Shown here piece after piece: positions 48,471-62,614 of a stretch of DNA of 64,000 nucleotides; position 1 is the first letter of the stretch; the number at the start of each line of letters is the position of its first letter. The notes beneath the pieces are model-generated. The model did no database searches and had not been told where the DNA came from. It saw only the letters and a list, made by a program, of their open reading frames with translations. A program made the translations under genes and the position numbers. The stretch is from Malacoraja senta (lineage: Eukaryota), in NCBI GenBank assembly GCA_038087875.1, contig CM075987.1, forward strand, positions 20,336,001-20,400,000, given 5' to 3'.

Positions 48471-51400
48471 TGTATGCATTTGGTTTGTTGGCAGGAGGCA
48501 AAGGTGATGGTGGAGGTTTTCTTTCTGGTGATGGTAATTTCTTCTGCATTAATAATGGAAAAGGGCAGTTGACCATTGCCATTGCACTGGTCAGCCTATG
48601 ATCAGTTGGCTCTAGGAGCAGTACCAATTCATCAATCATTTCTTCTGCCCTATCTGGAGGAGGTGAGGTGGCGGGACTGAGGTTTATATTCATCATGTCC
48701 CAAAAGTAGCCAGGGTTCCCCATTCCACTCTCAGAGATGGTGGCCATATCTGCCTGCTATTGGTGATTCATGCCTGAAGCTGTTGGAATTTGGCGGACTA
48801 CCATACAGGATCTATCTGGGGAGTAATGTGCTACAAGTTTTCCTCTCCACCACCTCCCTCTCCCCCACCACACCCCACTCATCCCCATCCCTTTGCATCC
48901 TCTAACTCTACACAGTTGGATATTTCCTGTTTGTAACTCGGTATTTTGTTCCAGAATCTGTTCCTGATTTTTTTGCAAGTTGCTTGCTTCCTTGTGTACT
49001 TCCTTTCCAAGCAATTGGACAGTAAGGATACCAATACAATCCTGCCACCCCTTATCAAATCTTCGTAACGTAATTACTTGATTTTGCAATCTTTGGTCCT
49101 TTTGCTTAATTGCTGTTTTCCCTTTGGCCAACCTAGGATGGCTGTTTCTGTTTTATTATAATTTACACTTCTGAACATTTTCATTCAGTATTCAATTATA
49201 ATCCCCATTACACTCTTGTAAAATTGTCAGAATCTCCGTCACCAAAAGTTTGTCGTCCAACAAACAATTTCACATAATTTCCAGGTGAAATCTAACTGTG
49301 TTCTTTTTCCAGTTTCACTTATTCCAGATACATCCTTCCTTATTTTTAGTGTAGTAGTCCAAGTTTTGTCCATTCTCACAAAATCATGTTCTGTTTGATT
49401 CCTATTTCTGTTGGTTGATTCCTATTCCTATACCCAAATGGTTGAGGAATAATAATTGGATTATTGATTTAATGAGAAGAGGCAATCACACTGTAACAAT
49501 TAATTGGGTTAGACCCACTGCTGTAACAACTCTCAAAGTTTACTGTCCTCACGGGTTGGTTTGTATAGCAGGTTGCAGCTTGAATCTTCTCAGTTGCCTT
49601 CAAGAGCAGATTATGGTGTTAACTGGCCAGTAGACATTAAGGTCCATTCAAATGGCTCCACTTCCTCTCATTCTCTCAGTATCTGTCCGTATATATCTAG
49701 TATTAGGTGCGGATGAAACTTTACATCAGATACACCTTGATTCCATTCGTTATTTGAATAGTGCAATTATAGGTAGTGATGCACAACATGAAGCTCCTGG
49801 GCTCTTAACCCAATCGTCTGATCCATGAGATCATTCATTTAGTCTTCCGTTTGGACATCATGTTAGTTTCTATTGCTCATCAGAACCCACAGGCTCCTTT
49901 CCAGACCTCTTATTAAGCCCATCTATGGCTGCTGTATCTATGACCACATTGCATTCTGGCAACACATTCAATTACTGCTCAATTCTCTGTTAGCTAAACA
50001 GACCAGAAAATATAATACATACTTATAACCTTTTATCTTTAACTTAATAGGTTCCTAATGAACACTAACTTCTCGCTCATGATAAGTGCAACCAACCACG
50101 GATGTGTGGCCATAAATTGGCAACTTAACAAAAATTACAAAACTAAAAGGAGACAACGAGAGAACCCAGATAGACCATCCATTCTGTGCTACCATTGAAA
50201 TAGATCATGGTTGATATAAATCCATGGAATCACAACTATAACCAGTCTCGTTCTCTTTCCAAACACATTTATGTCTTGCAGCAGAGCAATTTGCATTTGA
50301 TGTGCTATTGCTGCAGTCACGTGTTAGGAGAGACTTTTGCTAAAACAATCCAAAAGTAATTCTACTGATCTCCAAGATTATGGATTCTAGAACATGGTTG
50401 CCCTTAGCAGATAAATCAGTAGAGTTTTCATCGTAAAATGAAAAGTAAATCTTCACTTTGTTTCATATTTCTCGTCATTGTTTCCCATTCATGCCATCTT
50501 CATTTTTGGTGGTTTTAACATCTCCGAATGGAGTGACTAAAACCATACAAAGTATCTAAATAATCAATACATTTACAAATGTACTGATTTACATGCACAT
50601 GTGTACCTTGTATATGTGAACTCATGAGTCACTGTTCATGGTTACTACCATGGATCATTGTTCAACCAGAGCTCCATCACTTTTCATTCTGCTTCATGGT
50701 TTATTGGGAAAACCTTTATAAGGAAGCTTACTAAAGAGACCAGGGAATTCTGGCAGAATCCGCAGAGAATGAATGCTCCTGCTGCAGTTTTTTTTAGTAA
50801 TTGATAAAGTGGGGCTCACGCAGGACAGTTGGCAAAGGAAGATTATAATCTTCAACTCACTCAAATGTCTTCTCAGGTGATTCCTTGGTTTAATCATGAA
50901 ACCCCTATGTAGTAACAGTGAGGTTCCTATCCCTTACAGTTACATGCAGATGCAATCATGTTAGCTTTGTGGTGGTGACTATCTGCATTTATATGACATT
51001 TATTTAAGAGTAAAATCAAAATTTGACACCAATCTCACAAAGAAATCAGAGGGCAGTGATTATATGCTAGCTATGATCTTCTATAGATTGCGTCTTTGAT
51101 TCCACTACGGTCTTCGGTTTTTGCACTATTATGGCTACCTAGTATTACATTTATTAATTTAATGAAATTGTTTGGTTATTATATTTTTTATCTATGTGTA
51201 TTGCGTTTACGGGCCTGATAATCTACTACAAATAAGGAATTAACTGTTCCGATGTTGGTCCACTCTTGACTTGACACTTGAGCCTATTTTAACAAGTTTC
51301 AAATTGCTTTAAAGTGGTTTGAAGGAGGAAAACTACGCAGAGCTGACATTTTGGATCAATATTTGTGCTCGACATTGGCACCTAAGGAGAGAATCACCCA

Positions 51401-53709
51401 CAATGGAGCCTAGAATATCAGGGATATTTGAGAGAGTAGGAAAGTGCAGCCCTTGTAAAAGGTGCTATTCCCCTTTTTTCCTGATCCGGTTCACGCTGGG
51501 TTTGGAAGTTAGTGCACTCATGTCCGACATGTGGGAGCCTGCAGATTGGTTCTGCTTGTGAAACAATTGAGCTTCTTGTATTGAGCCCGCATAACACCAT
51601 TCTCCAAGTCTGAATGGACAATAAGAGGCAGCTTTGGCTGTGTCCAGAATGAGTGTAAAGATTAGTGCAAGTGTTTCTGTGACTGTTTCAAATCTGCATT
51701 TTCAGTGACGTTGTAGTCCGTGTAGGAAACTCCAATTGTACCAATACATTGACCTAATGTTTTGAAACAAATGATTTGTTCCTATTGGTCATGAAACCTA
51801 TCTGATAACTTATCCTTTCATTCCTGATTCCCCTTTTCCCTTGAATTTATCACCTTTGTACATGTGATTTGACCAGACTTGATTTAGTGTGACATTTTAG
51901 AAAATACTCCCAGACTGGATCAGCCACCATCATTAATGAATAAAGGACTAAGATACCTCTTGTGTGAAAATTCTTCTTAATTTTGGCATTTTCTTGACAA
52001 CCATTCTATCCTTTAAGTAAAGAGATGGCTCGTGTCAAATTAGATTTTAAGTAAGTGAGGGACGAGAAAAAGGATGTGCTGATAGTGTGTGATAAAGTCA
52101 GGGAGATGAGGTTAGTGTGGAGCGTATGTATTGGCACGGACCACTGATCCTTGCTGAGAACTTTGTGTCATTCTTTGTGATATGGAAGTGTAATCTGGTA
52201 GATTGCAACACTCCTTCCCCTGGTTCTGTTACACTGTAGAATTGGTTATCTGGATAGTAACAGTACAGATTGTTATTTAGTTTGTTTCCTTCACCTTTCA
52301 TCACCATATTTTACTGGGCATTGATTCTTTTTGTAAAACAATGTCTTCCACTGTTTTTTTTCCAATTGAAGGTTGTTATGCTTTTGAGACCATGTTAGGG
52401 AACTGGTCAGCCATGATTTAATTGCATGGTTGAATGAGCTGGGGATAACTGAGTGACAATAACTGGGGATAACTGTTCCTATAGATTATTCTCCTCCTCG
52501 ATCCTGATGCGCCAGGTTTAGATTCCATGATTCCATCAAAACTTTACTAGCTGGCCTCCAACGTTCACCCTATGTAAACCGGAAATCACCCCCAAACTCT
52601 GCTGTTCAAACCAACTCCAGCTCCCTGAGCACTCCTGTGCTAGCTGACTCCATCGGCTTTTGGAACAGTATCGTCTCAATTTTGTTTGAAAATCTGCCCA
52701 TTGCTTTGTTCCCTCTCCCCTTGATCTCTGTGATCTCTCCAAACCTGCAATACCTTTCCTTTCCTTCCCCCCCCCCCCCCCCCCCCCCCCACGCACTCAC
52801 ACATTTTATCATTCACTCACTGGTGATCTTGACATCAGTTGTCTGGTCCTTAAACTCTAGAATTCCCTCCGTAAACATCCCTGCCCCTCTACTTCCCTCC
52901 CTTCCTTTAACACACTCCTTGAATCTGCCTCCTTGGTCATCTGCACTAATACCTCCTTCGATGCGCTGCTGGCTCGAAGGGCCGAATGGCCTACTCCTGT
53001 ACCTATTGTCTATATGGTTCAGTGTAAAGATTTGCACGATAACTCTCCGGTGATACATCCTGGCAACATAAGAAGCAGAAGCAGGAGTAGATCATTCAGC
53101 CCATCCCTCCACTTTGCCTCCCCTGCCATTCAATAGATCATGGCTGAACTTTTACCTCTGTGGATGTGTTCCTCTACCGACCTCAAGTGTTTTGATCCCC
53201 TTTATATCCCAAAAACTATCGATGCTCACCAACTGATCCTCCTTAGCTCCCTTGGGCAGAGAATTCCAAAGTTTCACTCTCTGAGTACAGAAATGACTCT
53301 TCTTGGTCTTGAATGGCTAACCTGTTGTTTTCATACAACGTCCTGGGGTTCTAGGCATCCCAATTTGGAGAAACATCAACTCCACTTTAAACCATGTAAA
53401 ATAATTATTTACAGTATTTCAATGAAATCAATTCCCATTCTTCAAAACTGTAAAGTATGAAACAATCTACTTAATTCCTCCTATTAGAGTAATACTCCAT
53501 CTCATGTATTAATAGTGCACCTTTGATACTGTTTCCCTATTGCAGATATATTCTGCACTCTGGTGGTTTTCTCTTTGTCCTACCTGTTGAACCTGTGTAT
53601 TGTTTGATTGTTCTCATGTATAGTATGATTTGATTTAACTAGATACAAACAAAAACTTTCCACTGCATCTCAGTCTATATGACAATAATAAACTAATACC
53701 AATACCAAG

Positions 53710-54200
53710 CAGTTGTGACAGTAGACTGTTGAAGTGAGAAGTTAAACATGTCCATGGAGATTGTGGCCAGTTGATTGGTGCAAGATTTCAGAACCTATCC
53801 AGGAACTCCATCTAAGCCTTCACTTTCTGAGAATTTAGCCTCATGAAAGCAGATCTGACTTCTTCCACCAAGATGTATGCAACAAAGCCAATAGAAGATG
53901 TGGTTAGGAGGGGCTTTGTTTGCATGTTCAAAATGGACATAAACGGCATTGTGCAAATCAGCTGAGATACGCCAGGGCCAGAGATTGCCACCAACATCAT
54001 TGTCTGATGACACCCAGACCCTGCCGTAGTCACCTGGCAACCACTCGATTGAATTGAGCTTATTTCGGAACTTTCTCTTGGCATCTCTCTTTTGGAATCC
54101 ATCTTGTGGAGATCGTACCTGCTCTTCTTGTACAGTGCAGAGTAATTCTTGAAAGTCTGGGATCTGGATTTTCGAGAGTGAATCTCCCTGTTTACCCAAG
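53710..54200 (-). mobile_element. Rex/Babar-type LINE relic
   Basis: Frame-shifted EEVRSAFMRLNSQK / GLDGVPG*VLKSCTNQLATISMDMFNFSL, homologous in pattern to the pre-RT region at 18400-18560. Confidence 0.7.
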
Positions 54201-55849
54201 GTTTCTGTTAACAATGAGCTGACTATTCTGCTGACTATTATTCCAAATCTGCTTGCACCAATAATTAATAAATACGCTGTTTTACAAGAACAGGGTCCTG
54301 ATGCCAAGGTGGAATGTGTCCCTTTAAAGTATAAAATCTTACCATTTTCATTTAAACTCCTGTCTTTGGCTTTTGTTCACTCCTGGGTTCATTTCCCATG
54401 AACTCCTTTCAGCTTACTAACCTATCCATTTCCAGGCTCCTGTCTGTTCAAAATTCTCATGGTCCCCATGCTGATGTAAATCTTTGCTTGTGGTCCAAAA
54501 AATCAGAAAGAGAACTAGGCATTTGCTCACCATCTCCACATTTTGTTTTTCACTTTTTTTATCTGGATACATCTCAAAATGTAAAATAAATAAGCTTTAA
54601 AATTCAAGACTGTTTAATTGTCATATTTACTGACAATGGAACAATGAAATTCTTACTTGCAGCAGCATAAAACACATTACACATAGATAATATGTAATAA
54701 AGAAAAAAAATCATGAACGTGAGAGCACCTGGTATAGATTCCTTTGTTGGTGGGATGTCAGTGCCTGTGATGGATCGGCAGTGTTTACCCCTTCTCTGTA
54801 ATGACCTTCATTCCTGGGCGTGACTAATTTGTGATGCTAATGTTAAGACAAGAGATGCATAAAAAAATGAAACCGAATTGAAGAACTTCAAAGTTTTTGA
54901 AAACTAAAACACAGCAGATGCTGGAAATCTAAAATCAAACCAAAATGTTGGAAACACTCTGTAAGTCAGGCAGCATCCGCCTTGCTCTCTGATCTACAGA
55001 GTTTCCAACATTTCCTGTTGACCTCAAATCTTTGATCTGCAGACAATGCAATTTAAAAATTCATGTCCTTATTCATGTATGGCTACGGGTGTCAGAGGTT
55101 ATGGGGAGAAGGCAGGAGAATGGGGTTAGGAGGGAGAGATAGATCAGCCATGATTGAATGGCGGAGTAGACCTGATGGGCCAAATGGCCTAATTCTACTC
55201 CTGTCATTTATGATCTTATGATCTCATCTTGAAACTGCCTCACCTCAATCTGTCTCCCTCACCCAATCCTACAGCCCTCCATATCACTGTTACTAATTCC
55301 CACTCGTTGTACTCCAGCTTGTAAGAATGACCAGCCTCGCATCAACTTTTGTTGAGTGTTGTATCTTGTTAAGGTTTTCTCCTGTAAACCTTGTCGAATT
55401 CACAAGATCAGCTGTGGTCCCGATATCAGAAGGCCAGGAATAATCAATCACTGATTGGATTCAGGGGCTGCTGATTTTTCAGGCCTTTCCTCAGAGAAAG
55501 AGCACAAAAACCAAAGTGATGTCATCAATATTACAACAATCTGCACAGCAGAGTATTTTGTAGGCATCAATTTAATATGAATCATTGCACTTTTAGATAT
55601 ATAACCGTAGGCAGTTTTAAACTGTGGCACGGCCATGCTGCTTAGCTACATTGCATCCCAGCCTCAATCATGGCTCAATGAATAGCAACCATTTTTGTTA
55701 TTTCCACGCTAAGCTTAGTCTACTAAATGTGTATGAGAATCATCCAATTCACACTGCATGTGCCTGAATGGAATCAGTGTAAGTGACACCATGTAAGTAG
55801 ATCTTATTTTCATATTTCTACACAGCTTAGAGAAGTTGTTTCAGCCTAT

Positions 55850-56110
55850 CTAGTCTTTGCCACTCACATACTAATCCCATTCTACATTACATTTCCCTGT
55901 AACCCATCCTCATTCACATCTCCATTAACTCAGCCCAAACTTTACCACTCACCGAGCAACCAGCATGGCTTTGGGAAACTGGAGCGCCCAAGGGGAACCC
56001 ACACAGGGAGAGGGTGCAAGTTCTGGTCAGCCCGTACCCAAGGTCAGGATTGAACCCAGGACTCTGGGACCGCAAGGCAGTAGTTCCCACTGGCTGCGTC
56101 ACTGTGCCAT
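55850..56110 (-). mobile_element. V-SINE, decayed
   Basis: Reverse-complement tRNA-like head (gggttcaatcctgacc) and partial V-domain. Confidence 0.55.
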
Positions 56111-56119
56111 CCAGGTGTT

Positions 56120-56600
56120 AAATGGAATAGAAGTAGAATGGACTTAGACTAGATTGGAATTGGCACAGAATGGAGCTGGTGTGAGGGCAAATTGTGCGAA
56201 TGGTTTGGAATTTACTGGGAGTTCAGGGAAAATCGTTATGAGTGGAATCAGAGTGACTGGAATAGGTTGGAGTGGAATAGAGTCAAAATAAAGGAGAATC
56301 AATGTAAGTGAGATTGGTATCAAAGGAGAGCAGGTAAGTGGAGTAAAGGAAAAGTGATGAGGGAAAACAGAGTGGGATTAGTGCAAATTGAATTAGAGCA
56401 AACGGCCTTAGTGTGGGTGGAATCAGAGTATAGCAGCAACTACATCAGTGTGTGTGAATGTGATGTATGTGGAATTGAAGTACAGCAAATCAATACAAAG
56501 GAGAACCAATAAGACAGGAATTGATGGAAAATGCAGTCGTTGCAAATGAAAGCTGATTGGAGAGAAATTGGAGTGGTATGAGGAAGTCTAGTGGGTCAGG
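56120..56600 (+). repeat. Degenerate purine-rich (GGAAT/GGAGT-like) simple repeat
   Basis: Recurrent ggaat/ggagt/agagt pentamers with strong G+A bias. Confidence 0.55.
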
Positions 56601-57602
56601 GGGGAGGCAAAGATCCATTGATTTCTCAGCACTTTCAGCTGGGAAATCTTCCAACCAGGTGACAAGTTAAATGATCCATGCCTTTGGGCTCATTCATTTT
56701 AATGGAAGAAGAGTAAATCCAAGTTAATTTCCTTTTGTTATTTACTTGTTAATTTAAATCTATTTAATTGTGTATATTTTCACCATGTTAAGTGTCCTCA
56801 CTTCTATTATTTTTTGAAGTTAATACTTTTGAATATCTTTGAATGTTTACTCCAGGAATATTACTGACTCTGGTTTAGGTGGGGGCAACATTGTTCAGGG
56901 CTGTCCAGGTGGTTACAGGAGGTGTTTGTCCAACAAAGATAAGATGATTGTAGCTTGTGTGGATGAGAGCAAAGACTGCAGGTGGATGAACTAATTGATC
57001 AAAACATAATTAAGGACCATTGAGGGTGGAGAAATGTAATGGTATTGGGGATGGTGCAGTTAGGAATACTACTGAGCCATTAGCAAATCTGATGTTCGTG
57101 ATAAGACTGAAATGTAAGTGTCCGGTCTTGGTTTTTAGAACTAATTGCAAAGGCTGAACACATTAGTCAAGAGCTCGGAGCATAATAAAACTCAGTGATT
57201 AATGAGAGAGCAGGCTGTTCTCTACAATGGCAATGGTGTGTAGCAAAGGTTGTGTTCCCTGCCCAGTGGGAGGGTTAGGGAAAATGCAATGAAGGTGGAG
57301 AATTCTGGGCAGAAGGGGAAAGGTACAATTGTTGTGGTCCAAACAGAATACGTGTGGAAGAGTATGGAGATCTGAAATTTGTTCGACCGAAGGTGAAGAG
57401 AGCAACAGAGTGGTGTGTAACCATTGGTAATGTTTCATTTTATTGGTTATTCGGAGGGAAGTTGGGATAAATGTAGCTGAAATGTGAAGTGTAGAATAGA
57501 TGCACAAAGTACATATATATAATGTGTTTGGCAGTAAGGAAGGCAGCTCCTGAAGGTGTGTTGCCAAATGCAGAGATGATTAAGACAATGTTGCTTTTGT
57601 GA

Positions 57603-57902
57603 GGGTGGTACAGTGTTGCAGCAGTATAGTTGCTGCCTTACAGCAACAGACACCTGGGCTCAATCCTGACTATGGGCTCTGTCCGTATGGAGTTTGTATG
57701 TTCTCCCTATGACCATGTGGGTTTTCTCCGGGTATCCGGTTTCCTCCCACATTCAAAAACATGCAGGTTTGTAGGATAATTGGCTTCTGTAAATTTCCGC
57801 TAGTGTGTAGGATGTGAAACTGCGATAACACACAGGTGATCGTTGGTCAGCACGGACTGGGTGGGCTGAAGAGCCTGTTTCTACGTTGTATCTTTAAACT
57901 AA
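57603..57902 (+). mobile_element. tRNA-derived V-SINE (HE1-like), near full length
   Basis: tRNA-like head, V-domain ggagtttgtatgttctccctatgaccatgtgggttttctccggg...ggtttcctcccaca, CR1-like tail. Confidence 0.82.
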
Positions 57903-59759
57903 TGTATTTAATACAGTTGTCAATTTCATGGAAGCAAGGAGAACCAATATAGAGAGCTTCCAATTCATAGTATTAAACGGGTTCAAATATTTTTTCAATA
58001 AGAATCCTGTCAATTTCCGTTTCCAATTGTGGTTTCATTGCAAAAGGCACAGACCTTGGCTCAAAGAACCATGGTGGAGAGGTGGGATCAACGTGAATGT
58101 CGATTTGAATGCCCTTCAATGTGCAAGCTCATTCTTGAAGAACACTTCTTGTCTCCCTAGCAACTCATGGAATATTCCAACCTCGCCCATCTTAACACGA
58201 TGAAAGTTCCTTCAACTCTGAGCTATTTCTTTCAGCCAGAACCGTTCCAAAATATAATAATTAATCTAAAGCCCACAACTACAGGTTGTATCATTTTCAT
58301 CTGCCTTTGGTGTTTCATTCTACTGTCAGCAACTCCAGGTTTTCAGGATTACCTGAACCTTTTTAAGGTTCAGACCTAGTGTCTGCTGGTCACCTCGTTG
58401 CATGTTCAGTCTGGTTCATCAGTATTACGCTGCACCTAGCATCAGGCTCATTTGTCAAGTCTCAGCTATTCATCTTTGTGATAACAATCAGAAAGTTCTG
58501 AAGAGCCCCCTTTCTCATTTACACTGTGAATACTTCTTCCATTGTACTATGCTTCCTTTATGTAAAACACAAAGTGCTGGAGGAACTCAGCAGGTCAGGC
58601 AGCATCCATTGAGGTAGATACCTGGGAACTTCAGAACATTTGAGCATCTTCTTTCATTTCCTAATGTTAATTTTATTTGCTCAAATTAATGTTTGATCCA
58701 AGAAGCTCTTGTTCCATAGACATTTAAACCACTTACAACAGGCTTTTCTTGCCTGAGCCAGCATTCAAAGGACTTTTGTTTCTCTCCACTTGATGAGAAT
58801 CCTTTTTTGCCTTTTTAAACTGATGTTCGATTGTTTCAGACCAGTGTTTAGTCACTTCTCCCAGAGTACGCATTAAGTATACAGGCATCATGTTCAGCGT
58901 GGATATTGTGGGCCGTAGGGCCTGCTCCTGTGCTGTACTGTTCTATGTTCATTTGTATAGATAATTTAGACTTTTAGATATTAAGCGAATTAACTGGATA
59001 TGGGGTTATTGCAGAAAGTAATGTTGAGGTGAATTGTATTGAATTTCTTTATTTGTCATTCAAAAACAAGTTTGAACAAAATTTCGTTGCAATGCAGTTA
59101 TAACAGTAAGAAAGCAACAAAACACACAATTTAACACAAACATCCATCACAGTGACTCTCCTCCAGGCACCTCCTCACTGTGATGGAAGGTAAAAAAAGG
59201 TTTATCTCTTCCTTGCTTCTTCTCCCGCGGCCAGGCAGTCAAACTGCTGCGCCGAGGCGATCGAGGCTCCCGATATTAAAGTCATGATCAGTCATGATCT
59301 AATTGAAGCAAACGTGAAGGGCCCAGTGGTTTAAGCCTGCTTTTACTTCTTGTAATAATATCTGACCTAGGCTGGAGTGGTGTGTTAGTCCACAGAAGAT
59401 TGAACTCCGAATTCTCATCCCTGTGTTTAATTTCTACCATTGCCCAAGCATCTCTTTCTTTGTACACTCAAGCCCCAGCCTCTGAGAGATTCATTTCTAG
59501 CTTCACCCATCCTCCACTCCATGGCTTTCCGCCAGCCAGGCCTGGGACTGGGATTCCTTTCTTATACCTCAGCACTTGACCTTCTCTGAACGCTCCTTCA
59601 AGTCACCCTCTGACCAGTCTTTTGGTCACACGGCCTGACATCACATTCTCTGGCTTAGAATGGTGCCCCTGTGAAGGGCTTGGTGATATTTTATTACATT
59701 AAAAACATTAGAGATGCAAATAATTGTTCGGCAGCTGCAAGTTTAAGTTGACCCTTCCA

Positions 59760-59900
59760 TTCTCGGAGAAAACCCACGCAGATCACGGGGAGAATGTACA
59801 AACTCCGTACAGACAGCACCCGTAGTCAGGATCGAACCCGGGTCTCTGGCGCTGCAAGCGCTGTAAGGCAGCAACTCTACCGCTGTGCCACCATGCTGCC
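59760..59900 (-). mobile_element. V-SINE 5' half
   Basis: Well-preserved reverse-complement head ggcagcatggtggcacagcggtagag...gggttcgatcctgactacggg. Confidence 0.8.
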
Positions 59901-61009
59901 GGTTCTTGATTCGTAAACTGCCCTTTTTCTCATATTTCTCCTTAATTATGAGTTGTATTATGCGGAAAGCTCCAGATTAATACCGTCTTTGTAATTGGTT
60001 TCAAAAAACCAAGACCCAAAGCTTCCATTTCAGTGTAATCATGAACCTCAGATTTGCTATGGCTCATCCTACAGTAACAAACGTGGGGTTAGCAATCCTC
60101 TAGGTTATGCTCTTGCAGCTTTAAACATTTATTTCCAAGTCATTACTGAGGACAACATCCTGGAGAGAGAGAGGGAGAGAGCGCAGTAGCATTGGAAAAA
60201 TTCTATATTTATTTTGATGGAAGATATGTAAATACATTAATGGCAGTAGGCCATGGATTGGTGTAAGCGGCAGTGGGAAGAGGGAGGGGAAAGGCTGTTG
60301 GACTGATAGAGACATTCAATCCCACAACAAAGAATCTTTTCACTGCTCATTTGGCCTCAGGAAGCTGGATGCCATGAGGATGAGCACATCAGTTGGCTAC
60401 GTCAAAAGACCATGAGAGGGAGCGTGGTAGTGGGGTGATTTGACACGAGATGGAGTTCCCAGAGATGCATTAATTCGAATACACAGTCCTCAGCAGCTCC
60501 ACTGATACAGTACTAATGATAAGTTCCACAGATCCAATTCCATTAAGGTTTTACATTACCAAAGTCACAGCTTTCGATTTGACACCAATGACCAGCTTTT
60601 GGACTCTTAGAAGCATTCATAGACCATAGAAAAGTACAGCACTGGGACAGACTCTTTGGCCAACCATTTCTGTGCTGAACATGATGCCAAGTAAACTAAT
60701 CTCTGCCTGCGCGTGATCCATATCTGTCCATTCCCTGCATATCTATGTGCCTATTTAAAAGTCGCCTTTAGAAAGAGTATTACATTCAAAGAGACAAACA
60801 AAAAAGTTCCTTCTTAAAATAAAAAGAAACAAAATCACATAAAGGACACAGAATACTTTTAAATAATTAAAAACATCACTACAAGCGCAAATAACTAAAA
60901 TGGATGTCATTTACCTGATTGTTTCCTCTCTTGCCCGCAGCTGTAGAAGTCAAAGAATGGATTTGCAGTCAGGCAGAGCTTGTAATTCTTGACAGAACAG
61001 AATTAGCAA

Positions 61010-61335
61010 CAGAATTTTAGACAGCCAGAAGTTTTTTCCCAGGGTGGTAATGTCAAAGAATATAGGGCATAGCATTAAGGTGAGTGGGGGGGGGGGGGAT
61101 TTAAAGGAGATGTGCGTGCAAGTTTTTTCACACAGTGATTGGTGGTGTGTGGAACACGCTGCCAAAGTGGTGGTGGAGGCAGATACGAAAGTAGTGGTTA
61201 AGAGGCTTTAGATAGCCGCATGGATATGGAGGGACAAGGATCAAGTGCAAGTTAGTTTAATTTGACATCATATTTGGTGCAGAAATTGTGGACTGAAGGG
61301 CCTCTTGTGCTGTACTGTTCTACAATCCTATGTTC
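61010..61335 (+). mobile_element. CR1 LINE 3' end
   Basis: Similar to the 20520-20780 copy, with (TGTTCTA)-type tail. Confidence 0.7.
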
Positions 61336-61489
61336 TGTGGTAATATATCTTGTACCTGACTTGATATCAATGCTTCTTGCTATTCCCACTCCAACAACTG
61401 CAGTCATTTATCAGGGTCTCTATGGGATCCAATTAAATGAATAACCAAGAGGGTTTTGTGGTACTAATTCTGATCATTTGTTTTTGTAG

Positions 61490-61681
61490 GCAGGCCCCCA
61501 GGATGCCAACATGAATCGGAGGACATACACAAAGAGGAAGTTTCTGTGGCGAGTGAGGCAAAAATGGAAATTGTTGGGTCTGTTTGAGATCGACCATGAC
61601 CATGAATTTTACAGCTTTACTTGTATGCTGAAGGAGGGATTGACAGCTGCAGTCCAAGTCTCCATTGACACTCCCCGATTG
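61490..61681 (+). CDS. PIP5KL1: PIP5KL1 coding exon (phosphatidylinositol-4-phosphate 5-kinase-like 1); gene continues beyond the window
   Basis: Acceptor tttttgtAG, donor GTAAG, 192 nt. AGPQDANMNRRTYTKRKFLWRVRQKWKLLGLFEIDHDHEFYSFTCMLKEGLTAAVQVSIDTPRL matches recalled human [45 protein letters not shown]. Synteny with DPM2 supports the call. Confidence 0.92.
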
Positions 61682-62415
61682 GTAAGACCAGCATGTCTAT
61701 TGACATCACTCTCTGAGTCATTGAAGGTTAGCTGGGGAACGTAACATCAGAAATCGGTGCCTGCTCTCAAACATCAAGATTATGACTGATATTCCACCTC
61801 AACGCCATTTTATGCTCTCACCATTTTGGACCATAATATGTCATTCCATCACCTCTGTAGATTTCCCTCAGTGTATTCAGCATCATAAAGGAACGTCCTA
61901 ATCATCCCCTCTTCCCCACCACTCTACAAATCATTTAAAGGCACTAATAACTACTTTTTGTTCAATTACTGATTTTACTGGCTGTGCCCATGAATCCATG
62001 TTTTTTTTACATTCTGTAAAGTCGTTAAAATTTCATGGAGTGCTTTATCATGCTGATTTTTTTAAATGACTTCCATCTCTATTTTATTAAGAAGACTTGG
62101 TGAGTTTGCAGAAATTTCCCTTGGAAGATGGCCTGAAAGGGTAGAATTAGCAGAGAGTGTAAAACATGGTACAATGAAAGCAGCTGAATCTGAAATTTGT
62201 TGCCCAGGAAAGGTCAAGCAGGTTCATTTGCCACCTCATTAATCATGCATTAATAACACTTAATTGACCCCCCCCCCCCCCCAAAACCTGTTTTTTATGC
62301 ATGGGTTATTTCCAGGCTTCAGCTGCAGATACTTGTTGCAGGAATTGCCAACATATCTCCCTATCCTGACTACATTTCATTCTTAATCGTCCTATAAACT
62401 GCTTCATCTGTTTGA

Positions 62416-62614
62416 GAAGATAGACACAAAATGCTGGAGTAACTCCGTGGGACAGGCAGCGTCTCTGGAGAGAAGGATTGCGTGATGTTTTGGGTCGAGA
62501 CCCGAAACGTCACCTATTTCTTCTCTCCAGAGATGCTGCCTGTCCCGCTGAGTTACTCCAGCATTTTGTGTCTATCTTCGGTGTAAATCAGCATCTCCAG
62601 TTCGTTCCTACACA
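62416..62614. mobile_element. Penelope-derived fold-back element
   Basis: Arms of about 80 bp centred on gggtcgagaccc (hammerhead stem II), followed by gaaacgtcacc. Possible 7-bp TSD atctgtt. Confidence 0.8.

Noticed and set aside
53795-54307. 170-aa ORF as a novel gene
   Set aside because: Switching frames recovers LINE pre-RT motifs (..GLDGVPG*VLKSC..QLA). It is a decayed Rex/Babar element.
57603-57680. tRNA genes suggested by A/B-box sequences
   Set aside because: All such boxes are heads of V-SINEs followed by the V-domain and a LINE tail; no full cloverleaf forms.
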